Shown: positions 38,257-48,475 of the stretch, one piece after another
Layout of the letters: every line of letters begins with the position of its first letter
Position numbering within the stretch: the stretch's first letter is position 1
Assembly: GCA_017467585.1 (NCBI GenBank)
Contig: JAFUSR010000004.1
Location: forward strand, 141,918 to 205,917
Direction of reading: 5' to 3'
DNA length: 64,000 nt
Origin: Clostridia bacterium
GTDB taxonomy: Bacteria > Bacillota > Clostridia > Christensenellales > UBA1242
Program-made: the position numbers and the translations under genes
The notes under the pieces: model-generated
Told to the model about the DNA's origin: nothing
Seen by the model: the letters and a program-made list of their open reading frames with translations, nothing else
The model's database searches: none

Positions 38257-40608
38257 ATGGAAGACAAATTTTCTACTCCGGAATATTTTGAAACGTTAAA
38301 CAAATATTTTCGTGCCGCAAACTATCTTACTGCTGCACAATTATATTTGGTTGATAACCCACTGCTTCGTGAACCACTGACTCGCGAAAACGTAAAAAAG
38401 AAACTCGTTGGGCACTGGGGAACTTGCGCTGGGCAAAACTTTGTTTATGCGCACTGCGACAGAATTATCACAAAATATAATCAAGACATGATTCTCTTGT
38501 CTGGTCCAGGACATGGCGGAAACTTTTTTGTTGCAAACAGCTATCTTGAAGGCTCTTATTCTGAGGTCTATCCGGAAGTTAGCAGAGACAAAAAGGGCAT
38601 GGCCAGACTCTGTAAACAATTCTCTTTTCCTGGTGGAATTCCAAGCCATGTTGCGCCAGAAACACCAGGTTCAATTCACGAAGGTGGAGAACTTGGCTAT
38701 AGTCTTGCTCATGGCTATGGTGCAATTTTAGATAACCCACAGCTTATTGCCACTGTTATTGTTGGTGATGGCGAAGCAGAAACCGGGCCTCTTGCAACAT
38801 CGTGGCACTTAAACAAGTTTGTCAACCCAAAGACCGATGGTGCTGTTCTTCCTGTTTTGCACCTTAACGGTTACAAAATTAACAACCCAACAGTTCTTGC
38901 CAGAATTTCTCGCAAAGAACTTGAGAGCCTTTTTGTGGGCTATGGCTATAAGCCATATTTTGTTGAAGGCAGCGACCCAATGGATATGCACAAAAAAATG
39001 GCAAAGGCCATGGACGATTGTGTTGAACAGATTCACAAAATTTGGCACAACGCACGCGAATATGGCGAAACAAGAAGACCAATGTGGCCAATGATTGTGC
39101 TTAGATCTCCAAAGGGTTGGACTGGTCCAAAATTTGTTGATGGAAAGAAGATTGAAGACTATTTCTTTGCTCATCAAATTCCTATTAACATGACAAAACC
39201 AGAACACCTTGACTTGCTTCGTGAGTGGCTCGAAAGTTACCACGCAAGCGAACTGTTTGACGAAAATTATAGGCTTCTTCCTGAAATTGAAGAGATTTTG
39301 CCAAAGGGTGACAAGAGAATTTCTGCCAGCCCTTATGCAAATGGTGGAAAACTTTTGAAGGAACTCATCACGCCAAACTTAGATGAGCTTGCCGTTGATG
39401 TTCCCGCTCCGGGAGCTGTTAAAACACAAGATATGCTTGAACTTGGCGGTTACATAAAGCGCCTGTTTGAACTAAACGAACACAACCACAACTATCGCAC
39501 ATTTTCTCCGGACGAGGCCATGAGCAACAGGCTTTATCGCCAATTTGACAGCGCCGACAGAGATTTTAATGCAGACATTTGGCCAGTTGATGATGAACTT
39601 GCCAAAGATGGCAGAATTATGGACAGCTTTTTGTCTGAACACGCTTGCGAAGGCATGCTTGAGGGATATCTTCTTACTGGCAGACACGGAATGTTTAACA
39701 GCTATGAAGCATTCTTAAGGGTTGTGGACAGCATGGTTGCTCAGCACGCTAAGTGGCTTAAAGTTGCTCGCACACTGCCTTGGAGAGCCCCAATTTCGTC
39801 TCTCAACTTAATTTTGACCAGCACCGTTTGGCAACAAGACCATAACGGATTTACTCATCAAGACCCAGGCTTTTTAACCCACATGGCAGAAAAGACACCG
39901 GAGGTTGTGAGAATTTATCTTCCTGCTGACGCAAACACATTGATGGCTGTTTATGACAAGGCCAACAAAACAAAAAACCTTATTAACATTATTACCGCGT
40001 CTAAACATCCATCTTATCAGTGGCTCAATATGAATGAAGCCAAGGCTCATGCTGATGCTGGTGTTAGCATTTGGAACTGGGCAAGTATTGGCGACACCAA
40101 CAATCCGGATATTATTTTAGCTTGTTCTGGCGACACTCCAACTGTTGAGGCTGTTGCAGCAGCTAAAATGGCAAAAGAATATTTCCCTGACATAAACTTG
40201 AGATTTGTGAATGTTGTAAATCTTATGAAACTTACTTTAAACACTCTTCACCCAGATGGTCTTACTAAAGAAGAGTTTGAAAACATTTTCACAACAGACA
40301 AACCAGTTATTTTTAACTTTCATGGATACGCTGGCCTTGTTCAAGACCTCATTTATGAGCGAATTAACGAGAATTTTCATGTTAACGGCTACCGAGAAGA
40401 GGGCACAATAACCACGGCATTTGATATGAGGGTTAGAAACAATATTGACCGCTGTCATCTTTTGATGCAGATTGCAGAACTTGCTGATGTTCCTTATGAA
40501 CAAAAGCAAAAGGCAATAGCGGACATGGAAGACTTGCTCGCTCGCCACAAAGAATATATTTGCGAATATGGTGTTGACCTTCCGGAAATTGAAAACTGGA
40601 AATTTTAA
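38257..40608 (+). CDS. xfp: xylulose-5-phosphate/fructose-6-phosphate phosphoketolase
   Basis: GHWGT, EGGELGY and other XFP signature motifs. 783 aa. Confidence 0.95.
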   Translation: MEDKFSTPEYFETLNKYFRAANYLTAAQLYLVDNPLLREPLTRENVKKKLVGHWGTCAGQNFVYAHCDRIITKYNQDMILLSGPGHGGNFFVANSYLEGSYSEVYPEVSRDKKGMARLCKQFSFPGGIPSHVAPETPGSIHEGGELGYSLAHGYGAILDNPQLIATVIVGDGEAETGPLATSWHLNKFVNPKTDGAVLPVLHLNGYKINNPTVLARISRKELESLFVGYGYKPYFVEGSDPMDMHKKMAKAMDDCVEQIHKIWHNAREYGETRRPMWPMIVLRSPKGWTGPKFVDGKKIEDYFFAHQIPINMTKPEHLDLLREWLESYHASELFDENYRLLPEIEEILPKGDKRISASPYANGGKLLKELITPNLDELAVDVPAPGAVKTQDMLELGGYIKRLFELNEHNHNYRTFSPDEAMSNRLYRQFDSADRDFNADIWPVDDELAKDGRIMDSFLSEHACEGMLEGYLLTGRHGMFNSYEAFLRVVDSMVAQHAKWLKVARTLPWRAPISSLNLILTSTVWQQDHNGFTHQDPGFLTHMAEKTPEVVRIYLPADANTLMAVYDKANKTKNLINIITASKHPSYQWLNMNEAKAHADAGVSIWNWASIGDTNNPDIILACSGDTPTVEAVAAAKMAKEYFPDINLRFVNVVNLMKLTLNTLHPDGLTKEEFENIFTTDKPVIFNFHGYAGLVQDLIYERINENFHVNGYREEGTITTAFDMRVRNNIDRCHLLMQIAELADVPYEQKQKAIADMEDLLARHKEYICEYGVDLPEIENWKF

Positions 40609-40611
40609 AAG

Positions 40612-40640
40612 AGGCTGCATAGAAATATGCAGTTTTTTTG
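40612..40640 (+). terminator. intrinsic terminator
   Basis: CTGCATA-GAAA-TATGCAG followed by T7. Confidence 0.8.
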
Positions 40641-40686
40641 TGCCAAAAAAGTATAAAAGCAGACAATCAAAAGTATAATTTGTTAT

Positions 40687-41094
40687 ATGTTATTTTTTAA
40701 AACAAAAACCAAATTATCGCTTATTGATGATTATATTTACATCAGCAGGGTTGCTGCTTTTTATGGTTGCTACATGCGGGAAGAAAATGGCCAAGACTAT
40801 TACAAAATGTATTGTCAAATTGTCGAATTATGCGACAAATTAAAAAAACAATATATGCAGGTTTTTTTGCGATTAAAAATGCTTGATATGTCGTTTGAGG
40901 TGCTTTCTGACGAGCTTCAGGAGATGAAAGAATATGATTTTGCGCAAAACAAGCAAAATTTAATGAAATATTGGCAAGAATATCACAAAAATCTGCAAAA
41001 TCTGCAAAATATTTGTGAATTATTGCCTAAAAAACTGCAAAAATTGTCTTTAAACCCATTAGAAATAAACTATATTTTGCAAAATGCCATATAA
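40687..41094 (+). CDS. hypothetical helical protein (135 aa)
   Basis: ORF only, with no recognisable motif. TATAAT lies 7 nt upstream of the ATG and there is no SD. Confidence 0.45.
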   Translation: MLFFKTKTKLSLIDDYIYISRVAAFYGCYMREENGQDYYKMYCQIVELCDKLKKQYMQVFLRLKMLDMSFEVLSDELQEMKEYDFAQNKQNLMKYWQEYHKNLQNLQNICELLPKKLQKLSLNPLEINYILQNAI

Positions 41095-41185
41095 CTTATG
41101 AATCAATAATAATCCTAAAATAATTGCAATTTGGCCATTTGTGTGTTATTATGATGGCACATATTGACAAAGAGGAATTGAGGTT

Positions 41186-41962
41186 GTGGCTAAAAGACAA
41201 CACAGACATCTCTTCTACCGTTACTTTTTGAAGAGGTTTTTAGATATATTGTTATCATTGGTGGCTATCGTTATTTTGTCACCACTTTTTATCATCATTT
41301 ATTTATTGTCGCTAATCATATTGAGGGGCAATCCAATTTTTGCGCAATACCGTCCTGGCAAAAATGGCAAGGTGTTTAAATTTTATAAATTTCGAAGCAT
41401 GACGAATAAGCGTGACAAAGATGGAAATCTTTTGCCGGATAAAGACAGAATCACTAAATATGGAAAAGTTTTGCGAAAACTTTCAATTGATGAACTTCCA
41501 CAGCTGTTTAACATTTTGTTTGGTTCTATGAGTATTGTTGGCCCAAGACCAAGACTTGTTAAAGATATGACCTTTTATCCTGAGGAAGTTATGAAGGCTT
41601 ATTCTGTTACCCCAGGACTCACTGGACCATCACAAGTTACTGGTGGTAGAAGTGAGAGCAGTTGGGAAAGTATTTTTGAAGAAGATTTGAAATATGCAGA
41701 AAACTTAAGTTTGTGGCTAGACATTAAAATTTTGTTCGAAACATTTGGGGCGATTTTTAAAAAAGGTTCAGAAGGTGGGGCAGAAACAAGCAAGAGAGAA
41801 TATTATTATGCCGATTACCTTTTAAAGACAGAAAAAATTTCTAAAGCGCAATATGATAAAGGTTTGAAACTTTCTGAAGAGATTATTGCGAGTCGCGGAA
41901 GAGTTGTTTATAACAAAGAACTTCACGATAACATTGAAGACAATTCTGCTGATACTAAATAA
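41186..41962 (+). CDS. undecaprenyl-phosphate sugar phosphotransferase (Bac_transf, priming transferase)
   Basis: ..KRFLDILLSLVAIVILSPLF.., KFRSM, DELPQLFNIL.G.MSIVGPRP. Confidence 0.88.
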   Translation: MAKRQHRHLFYRYFLKRFLDILLSLVAIVILSPLFIIIYLLSLIILRGNPIFAQYRPGKNGKVFKFYKFRSMTNKRDKDGNLLPDKDRITKYGKVLRKLSIDELPQLFNILFGSMSIVGPRPRLVKDMTFYPEEVMKAYSVTPGLTGPSQVTGGRSESSWESIFEEDLKYAENLSLWLDIKILFETFGAIFKKGSEGGAETSKREYYYADYLLKTEKISKAQYDKGLKLSEEIIASRGRVVYNKELHDNIEDNSADTK

Positions 41963-41976
41963 ATTATGGAGAAGTT

Positions 41977-42699
41977 ATGAAACACAATTTACAAAAATTG
42001 CCAAATCACATTGCGTTTATTATTGATGGCAATGGAAGGTGGGCAAAAAAACGAGGACTCACTCGTTCAATGGGTCACAAGGCAGGCCTTGACAACCTCG
42101 ATAAAATTATTAAAGAGTGTTTTTATGAATATGGCATTCACGTTATTTCTATCTACGCATTTTCAACTGAAAACTGGAACAGACCACAGGCAGAAGTTGA
42201 TTATTTAATGAAGGCATTCAAACGCTATTTGTCTGCGGGGTTTGCTAAAAAATATCCTGACGTTAAACTCAATGTAATGGGGGACACCTCTAGACTTCCT
42301 GATGGCCTTGCGGAAAATGTTAGAAAGACCATGGAAGAGACTAAAAACAACACAAAATTTATTTTGAACATTGGCATTAATTATAGTGGCCAAGACGAAC
42401 TAGTGAGGGCAGTTAACAACATTATTAGTGAGGGCTATAAAACTGTTGACAGACAAATTATTGCCGATCACCTTTACACAAGTGGTCAGGAGTTTCCAGA
42501 CTTTTTGGTTAGAACAAGCGGCGAGTGCAGACTTTCTAACTTTATGCTTTGGCAACTTGCATATACAGAACTATATTTTCCAGCAAAGCATTGGCCAGAA
42601 TTTAAGAAGAAAGATTTGTATTTGGCACTTAAGGAATATCAAAGTCGTGACCGCAGATTTGGCGCAATTGTTGAAAAAAATGAAGAAAAGCAGAAATAG
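41977..42699 (+). CDS. uppS: undecaprenyl diphosphate synthase
   Basis: HIAFIIDGNGRWAK and ..RTSGE.RLSNFMLWQLAYTELYF.. cis-prenyltransferase motifs. Confidence 0.93.
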   Translation: MKHNLQKLPNHIAFIIDGNGRWAKKRGLTRSMGHKAGLDNLDKIIKECFYEYGIHVISIYAFSTENWNRPQAEVDYLMKAFKRYLSAGFAKKYPDVKLNVMGDTSRLPDGLAENVRKTMEETKNNTKFILNIGINYSGQDELVRAVNNIISEGYKTVDRQIIADHLYTSGQEFPDFLVRTSGECRLSNFMLWQLAYTELYFPAKHWPEFKKKDLYLALKEYQSRDRRFGAIVEKNEEKQK

Positions 42700-42716
42700 T
42701 TTCTGCTTTTATTTTT
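42688..42716 (+). terminator. hairpin overlapping the uppS stop codon
   Basis: AGCAGAAA-TAG-TTTCTGCT followed by a T-rich tail. Confidence 0.6.
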
Positions 42717-42804
42717 GCTGGCTTATAAAAAGCTGTATAACTCTTGCAATTCAAAGGTTTTTATGATAATATAACTATGTTATTTATATTTCAGAGGGTG
42801 CTTT

Positions 42805-44064
42805 ATGGCAAAAAAACTAAACAAGTTTGAAAGATTTTATGCAAATAACAGGTTTGTTATTAACATTTGTGTGCTTCTTGCAATGTTCTTTGTTCATTGC
42901 TTCTGGGGCAATATGATGTTTGTGGCATTTCCTATTCTTTTGTTGATGGTGTTGTTTGACAACATTAGAAATGGCTTTTCTTATGTTGTGTTTTCAATTC
43001 CGTTCTGCATGATGAACCTTTATTGGAGCGCAATTCTCTTTGCGGCTTGCGTTTGCGTTTACATGATTAAATTCTATGTGATTTTGTATTTCAAAGAGAA
43101 GACAAAACCAAATTGGCTTTTGATTGCGTTTGTTGCTTTGTTTTTCATTTATGCATCACTTCCATTTGGTGGTTACAATGCCAACTGGGGAGTTAGAATG
43201 GCTGGCTTCTTCGCCATGTTCGCATTTATTGGCATGGTAATTAAAAAGCCACAAGTTGCACGCCTTGGATTTAATTTCCGCTTGCTTGCCTTTGCACTTT
43301 TGTTATCTTGTGTATATTCTGCAACATTCTATATTTCACCTTATATGAACGAAGCAATGGTTTTATCTTTTGCTGGTGGAAGAGGAAGATTCCAAAGTTT
43401 GCTTGGTCACCCAAATGTTCTCGCAATGTTCTGTGACTTTGCAATTGTTGCACTTGCATATATGATTCTTTCAAAGAAAAACAAATGGTTTGACTGGCTT
43501 TTGATGATTGGTCTTACCGTTGCCGGATTTTTCACACTAAGCAAAACATTCTTGCTTTTGATGATTTTGGTTTATTTGGTCATTATTATTTGGCTGTTTA
43601 CACAAAACTTCCTCAGAACATTTATTTGGGGTTCAATTGCGGTGACTGCACTCATTGTTTTGGGCGTTGTTTATCAAAACATTGTTGCTATTATTGTCAA
43701 TAGGTTTGTTGGAACATTCAGCGAATGCCACACCTTTGCTGACTTTATGAATATGGTAACAACTTATCGTTATGACCTTTGGGTTGAATATGCAACACAC
43801 CTTGCTCATAATCCACTTGTTCTTGTGTTTGGTGCGGGGATGGGCGCTCCAGTTCTTTCAACACTTTCTGCACACAATTTGTTTATTACTGGAACTTATC
43901 AGTTGGGCCTTGTTGGCATGGCAATTTTGGCCGTTGCTATTATTTTGATGATTCACGAATATCACAAAAACGCAGAAGAGAAAACAACATGGGCAATTAG
44001 GCTTCCTATTGCCGTTGTGTTTGCGCTTTCATTGGTTGAAGATCTTATTTTCTATATTGTTTAG
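42805..44064 (+). CDS. polysaccharide polymerase / O-antigen-ligase-like (Wzy-type) membrane protein
   Basis: 419 aa with about 10-12 TM helices, located inside the glycan locus. Confidence 0.55.
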   Translation: MAKKLNKFERFYANNRFVINICVLLAMFFVHCFWGNMMFVAFPILLLMVLFDNIRNGFSYVVFSIPFCMMNLYWSAILFAACVCVYMIKFYVILYFKEKTKPNWLLIAFVALFFIYASLPFGGYNANWGVRMAGFFAMFAFIGMVIKKPQVARLGFNFRLLAFALLLSCVYSATFYISPYMNEAMVLSFAGGRGRFQSLLGHPNVLAMFCDFAIVALAYMILSKKNKWFDWLLMIGLTVAGFFTLSKTFLLLMILVYLVIIIWLFTQNFLRTFIWGSIAVTALIVLGVVYQNIVAIIVNRFVGTFSECHTFADFMNMVTTYRYDLWVEYATHLAHNPLVLVFGAGMGAPVLSTLSAHNLFITGTYQLGLVGMAILAVAIILMIHEYHKNAEEKTTWAIRLPIAVVFALSLVEDLIFYIV

Positions 44065-44069
44065 GAGAA

Positions 44070-44729
44070 ATGATGACACAAGCTATTGGCGAGTTTTTTA
44101 GCAGAATTTTTGGTGACAACGCTATTGTTGCCACCATTTTTATTGCAATAATTCCAATGATAGAATTAAAAGGTGCGATTCCGTTTGGAATGAGTAAGGG
44201 TTTTTGGGGAGAAAAAGCCCTTGGTTCTTGGACGGCTTTTGGCTATGGCTTTTTGGGAAGTATTTTGGTGGTTCCTATTTTGGCGCTTATTTTTAAACCA
44301 ATCTATAATTGGCTTAAAGACAAAAGGTTTTTCAAGGCAATTGTTCACTTTTTCACTGGTGACATAGAAAGAAGAACTGACAAGACCAATGAAAAGGCAA
44401 AAGAGAGAAGTGAAACAAAAAAACTTTGGATTAAAATTATTACTGTTTTTTTGTTTGTGGCTTTTCCTGTTCCTCTCACTGGAGTTTGGACGGGCACTTG
44501 CTTTGCCGTTCTTTTGGGGCTTAACTTTTGGCAGACATGCGCAACGGTTATTGCGGGCAACGCAGTTTGTGGACTTATTGTAACAACGCTTTGCATGGTG
44601 TTTCCTAATGCTACAACAATATTCTTATATGTGTTTTTAGCAATTATTGTTTTAGCCTTTTTAACTAAACTTATAATTCATTTAGTAAATAGGCGCAAAC
44701 AAAAAAGCGATGAAGAACCTTTGGAATAA
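44070..44729 (+). CDS. small multidrug-export-like (COG2426) membrane protein
   Basis: IELKGAIPFG motif and four or more TM helices. Confidence 0.55.
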   Translation: MMTQAIGEFFSRIFGDNAIVATIFIAIIPMIELKGAIPFGMSKGFWGEKALGSWTAFGYGFLGSILVVPILALIFKPIYNWLKDKRFFKAIVHFFTGDIERRTDKTNEKAKERSETKKLWIKIITVFLFVAFPVPLTGVWTGTCFAVLLGLNFWQTCATVIAGNAVCGLIVTTLCMVFPNATTIFLYVFLAIIVLAFLTKLIIHLVNRRKQKSDEEPLE

Positions 44730-44737
44730 CTAAAAGG

Positions 44738-44770
44738 AGAAAGATATACGTTGAGTATATCTTTTTTGTT
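44738..44770 (+). terminator. intrinsic terminator
   Basis: AAGATATAC-GTTGA-GTATATCTT followed by a T-run. Confidence 0.75.
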
Positions 44771-44839
44771 TGGTAAAATGTGGTTGTTATGTTATAATAA
44801 TTTTGAAGATAGTGCCAAATGCGGCAAAAAAGGAAGACT

Positions 44840-45934
44840 ATGATTAGAGTTGCACAGGTTTTAAATCACATGAACAGCGGTGGCGTTGAAGCCGTTGTTA
44901 TGAATTATTATAGAAACATAGACAGAACAAAAGTTCAATTTGACTTTATTGTTTCTGGAGATTCAACAATTCCACAAAGAAAAGAAATTGAATCGCTTGG
45001 CGGAAGAGTTTTTGTTTTGCCAAAAATTAAACAATTTTTTGCCTATCGCAAAGAGCTGTCTAAAATTTTGAAAGAGAATAACTATAAAATTGTTCATGCT
45101 CACATGAGCACACTTGCATATTTTCCTTTGTCGGTTGCAAAAAAGTGTAATGTTCCTGTTCGAATTTGCCATAACCACTCAACATCGTCACCAAAAGAGT
45201 TTGTGCGAAATGTGGCCAAAAAACTTTTGAAACCACTCGCTAAAAAATATGCTACAGATTTCTATGCGTGCGGTGAACTGGCTGGCCGTTGGATGTATGG
45301 AGACAAGGCATTTGATGGTGGCAAAGTGACTGTGATGAACAATGCCATAGATTTAGACAAGTTCGACTTTAACCAAAAGGTGAGAGAAGAAGTTCGAAAG
45401 GAACTAGCAATTGAAAACAACTTTGTTGTTGGGCATATTGGCAGATTTGATGACCAAAAAAACCACACATTTTTGATAGATATTTTTGCTGAACTTTTAA
45501 AGAAAGACGTTAGCGCGGTTTTGGTTTTAGCTGGTGAAGGCCCACTTCAAGAACAAGCAAAACAAAAGGCCAAAGAACTTGGCATTGAAGACAGAGTGAA
45601 ATTTTTGGGCGTTAGACGCGACGCCAACAGACTTTATCAGGCATTTGATGTGTTTGTTTTGCCAAGTTTATATGAGGGTTTGCCTGTTGTTATGGTCGAA
45701 GCCCAAACAAGCGGTTTGCCTTGTGTTGTTTCTGACAAAGTTTCTGCCGCTGTTAAAATGACAGATAATTTGCAGTTTGAAAGTTTAGATAAAAGTGCTG
45801 GCGAGTGGGCTGATTTGGTTTTAAAAACAAAAGACCTTGTTCGTGAAAGTCAAAAAGAAAAGATTTCTGCTGCTGGCTATGATATTAAAGCAGAAGCAAA
45901 AAAATTGGAAAAGTTTTATTTGGAAAGGAAATAG
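44840..45934 (+). CDS. glycosyltransferase family 4 (GT1-type, EpsF-like)
   Basis: N-terminal NSGGVE and C-terminal E..G.P.VMVEA motif. Start moved to ATG 44840. Confidence 0.85.
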   Translation: MIRVAQVLNHMNSGGVEAVVMNYYRNIDRTKVQFDFIVSGDSTIPQRKEIESLGGRVFVLPKIKQFFAYRKELSKILKENNYKIVHAHMSTLAYFPLSVAKKCNVPVRICHNHSTSSPKEFVRNVAKKLLKPLAKKYATDFYACGELAGRWMYGDKAFDGGKVTVMNNAIDLDKFDFNQKVREEVRKELAIENNFVVGHIGRFDDQKNHTFLIDIFAELLKKDVSAVLVLAGEGPLQEQAKQKAKELGIEDRVKFLGVRRDANRLYQAFDVFVLPSLYEGLPVVMVEAQTSGLPCVVSDKVSAAVKMTDNLQFESLDKSAGEWADLVLKTKDLVRESQKEKISAAGYDIKAEAKKLEKFYLERK

Positions 45935-45937
45935 AAA

Positions 45938-46660
45938 ATGATACCAAAAATTATACACTATATTTGGCTTGGAAAAGGTGAAAAACCAAAAATATTTAAG
46001 AAGTGTTTTGATAGTTGGAAAAAGTTTTGTCCAGACTATGAGTTTATGCTTTGGGATGAAAGCAATGTTGACTTAGACTGTTGCCAATATGTTCGTGAAG
46101 CATATGATGCAAAAAAATATGCTTTTGCTAGTGACGTGATAAGATTGCAAAAACTTTATGAATATGGTGGAATATATTTGGACATTGATGTTGAACTTTT
46201 GAAACCAATTGATGACCTGTTAGAAAATAAATGTTTTATGGGATTTGAGGCTGGTCCATTGTTAGCTCCAGGATTAATTATTGGAACTGAAAAAAATAAT
46301 CAAGATTTCCAAAGTATTTTGGACGACTATTATCAAGATAGATTTGTTGTTGATGGTAAATTAAACATTAAAACTGTTTGTGTGAGATGTGAAGAGTATT
46401 ATGCAAAGCAAGGACTAGTTAAAAAGGACGAATTACAAAAACTTGATAATATAACAGTATATCCTGCTGAATATTTTTGTCCAATCAACACAATTACAAA
46501 CAGAAAGAAAATTACTAAAAACACATACTCAATCCATTGGTATTATGCAAGTTGGTATTCGCCAAAACAAAAATTCAAAAAGAATATGAAAAAAATATTG
46601 AATTTCGTTACTTTTGGATTGTTTGGAAAATTACTTTACAAAATAAGGAATAAAAAATGA
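45938..46660 (+). CDS. glycosyltransferase with DXD sugar-binding motif (GT32-like)
   Basis: IPKIIHYIWLG.., ASDVIRL..LYEYGGIYLDIDVE. Confidence 0.8.
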   Translation: MIPKIIHYIWLGKGEKPKIFKKCFDSWKKFCPDYEFMLWDESNVDLDCCQYVREAYDAKKYAFASDVIRLQKLYEYGGIYLDIDVELLKPIDDLLENKCFMGFEAGPLLAPGLIIGTEKNNQDFQSILDDYYQDRFVVDGKLNIKTVCVRCEEYYAKQGLVKKDELQKLDNITVYPAEYFCPINTITNRKKITKNTYSIHWYYASWYSPKQKFKKNMKKILNFVTFGLFGKLLYKIRNKK

Positions 46661-47559
46661 AATTAGTTGCAATAGTTACACCTACATATAACAGGGCATA
46701 TATTTTGCCAAAGCTTTTTGAAAGTTTGGTTAATCAAACAAGCAAAAATTTTAAGTGGTATATTATTGATGATGGAAGCAAAGATAACACAGAAGAAGTT
46801 GTTAAAACTTTTGTTACCAAAGACTTTGAAATTGAATATCACAAAAAAGAGAATGGTGGAAAACACACCGCTGTTAACTTTGCACTTGACATTTTGAGTG
46901 AAGACTTAACATTTATTGTGGATAGCGACGATACGCTTACTCCCGACGCCATTGAGACAATTGAAAAAGACTGGCCAGAAATAAAAGATCAAAAAGATAT
47001 TGCTGGGTTTAGTTATGAAAAAGCATTTCCTGATGGAAAGTTGATGGGGCAAAAATACAAACAAGATGTGTTTGTTGACACATATATTCATGCGAGAGTG
47101 AATAACAAGCTTTCTGGAGATAAGGCTGAAGTTTATAAGTCGGAAGTGTTTAAAAAGTTTAAATTTCCTGTGTTTGAGGGGGAGAACTTTATCAGCGAGG
47201 CAGTTGTTTGGTGCGCAATTGGCAGAGAATATAAACTGAAGTTTATCAACAAGATTATTTATGTTGGCGAATATTTGCCAGATGGCTTGACTGCGAGCGC
47301 AAAAACAAGAATTTTAGCCAACCCTCGTGGAGCGGTCGCGGTTTACACACAGCTCAGTAAAAAACCAGTGAATTTGAAAAACAGAATGAAATATACCATT
47401 GCATATATTGCATATTCAAGAGAAGCAAAAATCAAATTGAAAGAGCAATATAAAAATGCAAATTCAAAATTCTTGTATATAATGCTATTTTTGCCAGGGC
47501 TTTTGGCACATTTTGTTTTGAAGAAAAAATTTGGGAAGAAAAAGAATGGAAAAAGATAA
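46657..47559 (+). CDS. glycosyltransferase family 2
   Basis: VTPTYNRA.., IIDDGSKDNT, DSDD. Confidence 0.85.
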   Translation: MKLVAIVTPTYNRAYILPKLFESLVNQTSKNFKWYIIDDGSKDNTEEVVKTFVTKDFEIEYHKKENGGKHTAVNFALDILSEDLTFIVDSDDTLTPDAIETIEKDWPEIKDQKDIAGFSYEKAFPDGKLMGQKYKQDVFVDTYIHARVNNKLSGDKAEVYKSEVFKKFKFPVFEGENFISEAVVWCAIGREYKLKFINKIIYVGEYLPDGLTASAKTRILANPRGAVAVYTQLSKKPVNLKNRMKYTIAYIAYSREAKIKLKEQYKNANSKFLYIMLFLPGLLAHFVLKKKFGKKKNGKR

Positions 47560-48466
47560 AATATCTGTTGTTGTTCCAATTTATAATGTTGAAAAATTTT
47601 TGCCGGCTTGTGTTGATAGCATACTTTCTCAGACTTATCAAAACTTGGAAATTATTTTGGTTGATGATGGCAGCCCAGATGGCTGCCCAGCAATTTGTGA
47701 CGAATATGCCGAAAAAGACAGCAGAATTAAAGTCATTCACAAACCAAATGGCGGGCTTTCTGACGCAAGAAATGCGGGAATTGATATTGCGACAGGAAAA
47801 TATATTGCTTTTGTTGATAGTGATGACTGTTGTGTTCCAACTATGTATGAAAAATTGCACAACATAATTGAAAAAGAAAAAGCAGACATTGCTATTTGTG
47901 GATTTTCTAGAATTGATGAAGATGGAAAAGCAATAAGTGGTGGTTGGTCTAGACAATTTGGTGTTTTTGAAAATGAAAATTCGGCTGACCCATTGTTTAC
48001 TTCTAAAAATGTTGGAATTATTGTTGCATGGAACAAATTATATAACAGAAACATCTTTGAAAATATTAGATACCCAAAGGGTATGATTCACGAAGATGAA
48101 TATGTTATTTATGATATTTTGAGTGTTGCAAACAAAGTTGTTATTTTCCCTGACCAATTGTATTTATATAGGCAGAGAAATAATAGTATTGTAAAATCGA
48201 GACCATCAAGAAAAATGTTTGATGCAATTAAAGTTGTGGAATACCGCATCAGTAAAGTTGGTGAAAACAACAAAAACTATGCAGATGCTTGCTCTCAGCT
48301 TTTGAACATTTATTATAGTCTATATATAAGAACGAAAGCGGATAAAGAACTAAACAAAGAAGTGTTTGACAAGTATAAAGTTGAATATAAAAAATATAAA
48401 TCATATTTGAATTTTAAAAGAAGAATCAAACATATTTTGTTTAGATATTTTAGAATTGTTTTATAG
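47546..48466 (+). CDS. glycosyltransferase family 2
   Basis: ISVVVPIYNVEKFL, VDDGSPD, DSDD. Start moved to ATG 47546. Confidence 0.85.
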   Translation: MEKDKISVVVPIYNVEKFLPACVDSILSQTYQNLEIILVDDGSPDGCPAICDEYAEKDSRIKVIHKPNGGLSDARNAGIDIATGKYIAFVDSDDCCVPTMYEKLHNIIEKEKADIAICGFSRIDEDGKAISGGWSRQFGVFENENSADPLFTSKNVGIIVAWNKLYNRNIFENIRYPKGMIHEDEYVIYDILSVANKVVIFPDQLYLYRQRNNSIVKSRPSRKMFDAIKVVEYRISKVGENNKNYADACSQLLNIYYSLYIRTKADKELNKEVFDKYKVEYKKYKSYLNFKRRIKHILFRYFRIVL

Positions 48467-48475
48467 GAGATAAAA

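Noticed and set aside
47432-47956. Long antisense or alternative-frame ORFs such as 47432..47956(-), 59737..60270(-), 3783..4289(+), 26520..26942(+), 8811..9161(-), 38809..39243(-), 58350..58766(-)
   Set aside because: Each lies entirely inside a longer opposite-strand or other-frame gene with clear family motifs. Their translations are low-complexity and Cys/Phe/Ser/Leu-rich with no motifs or SDs.
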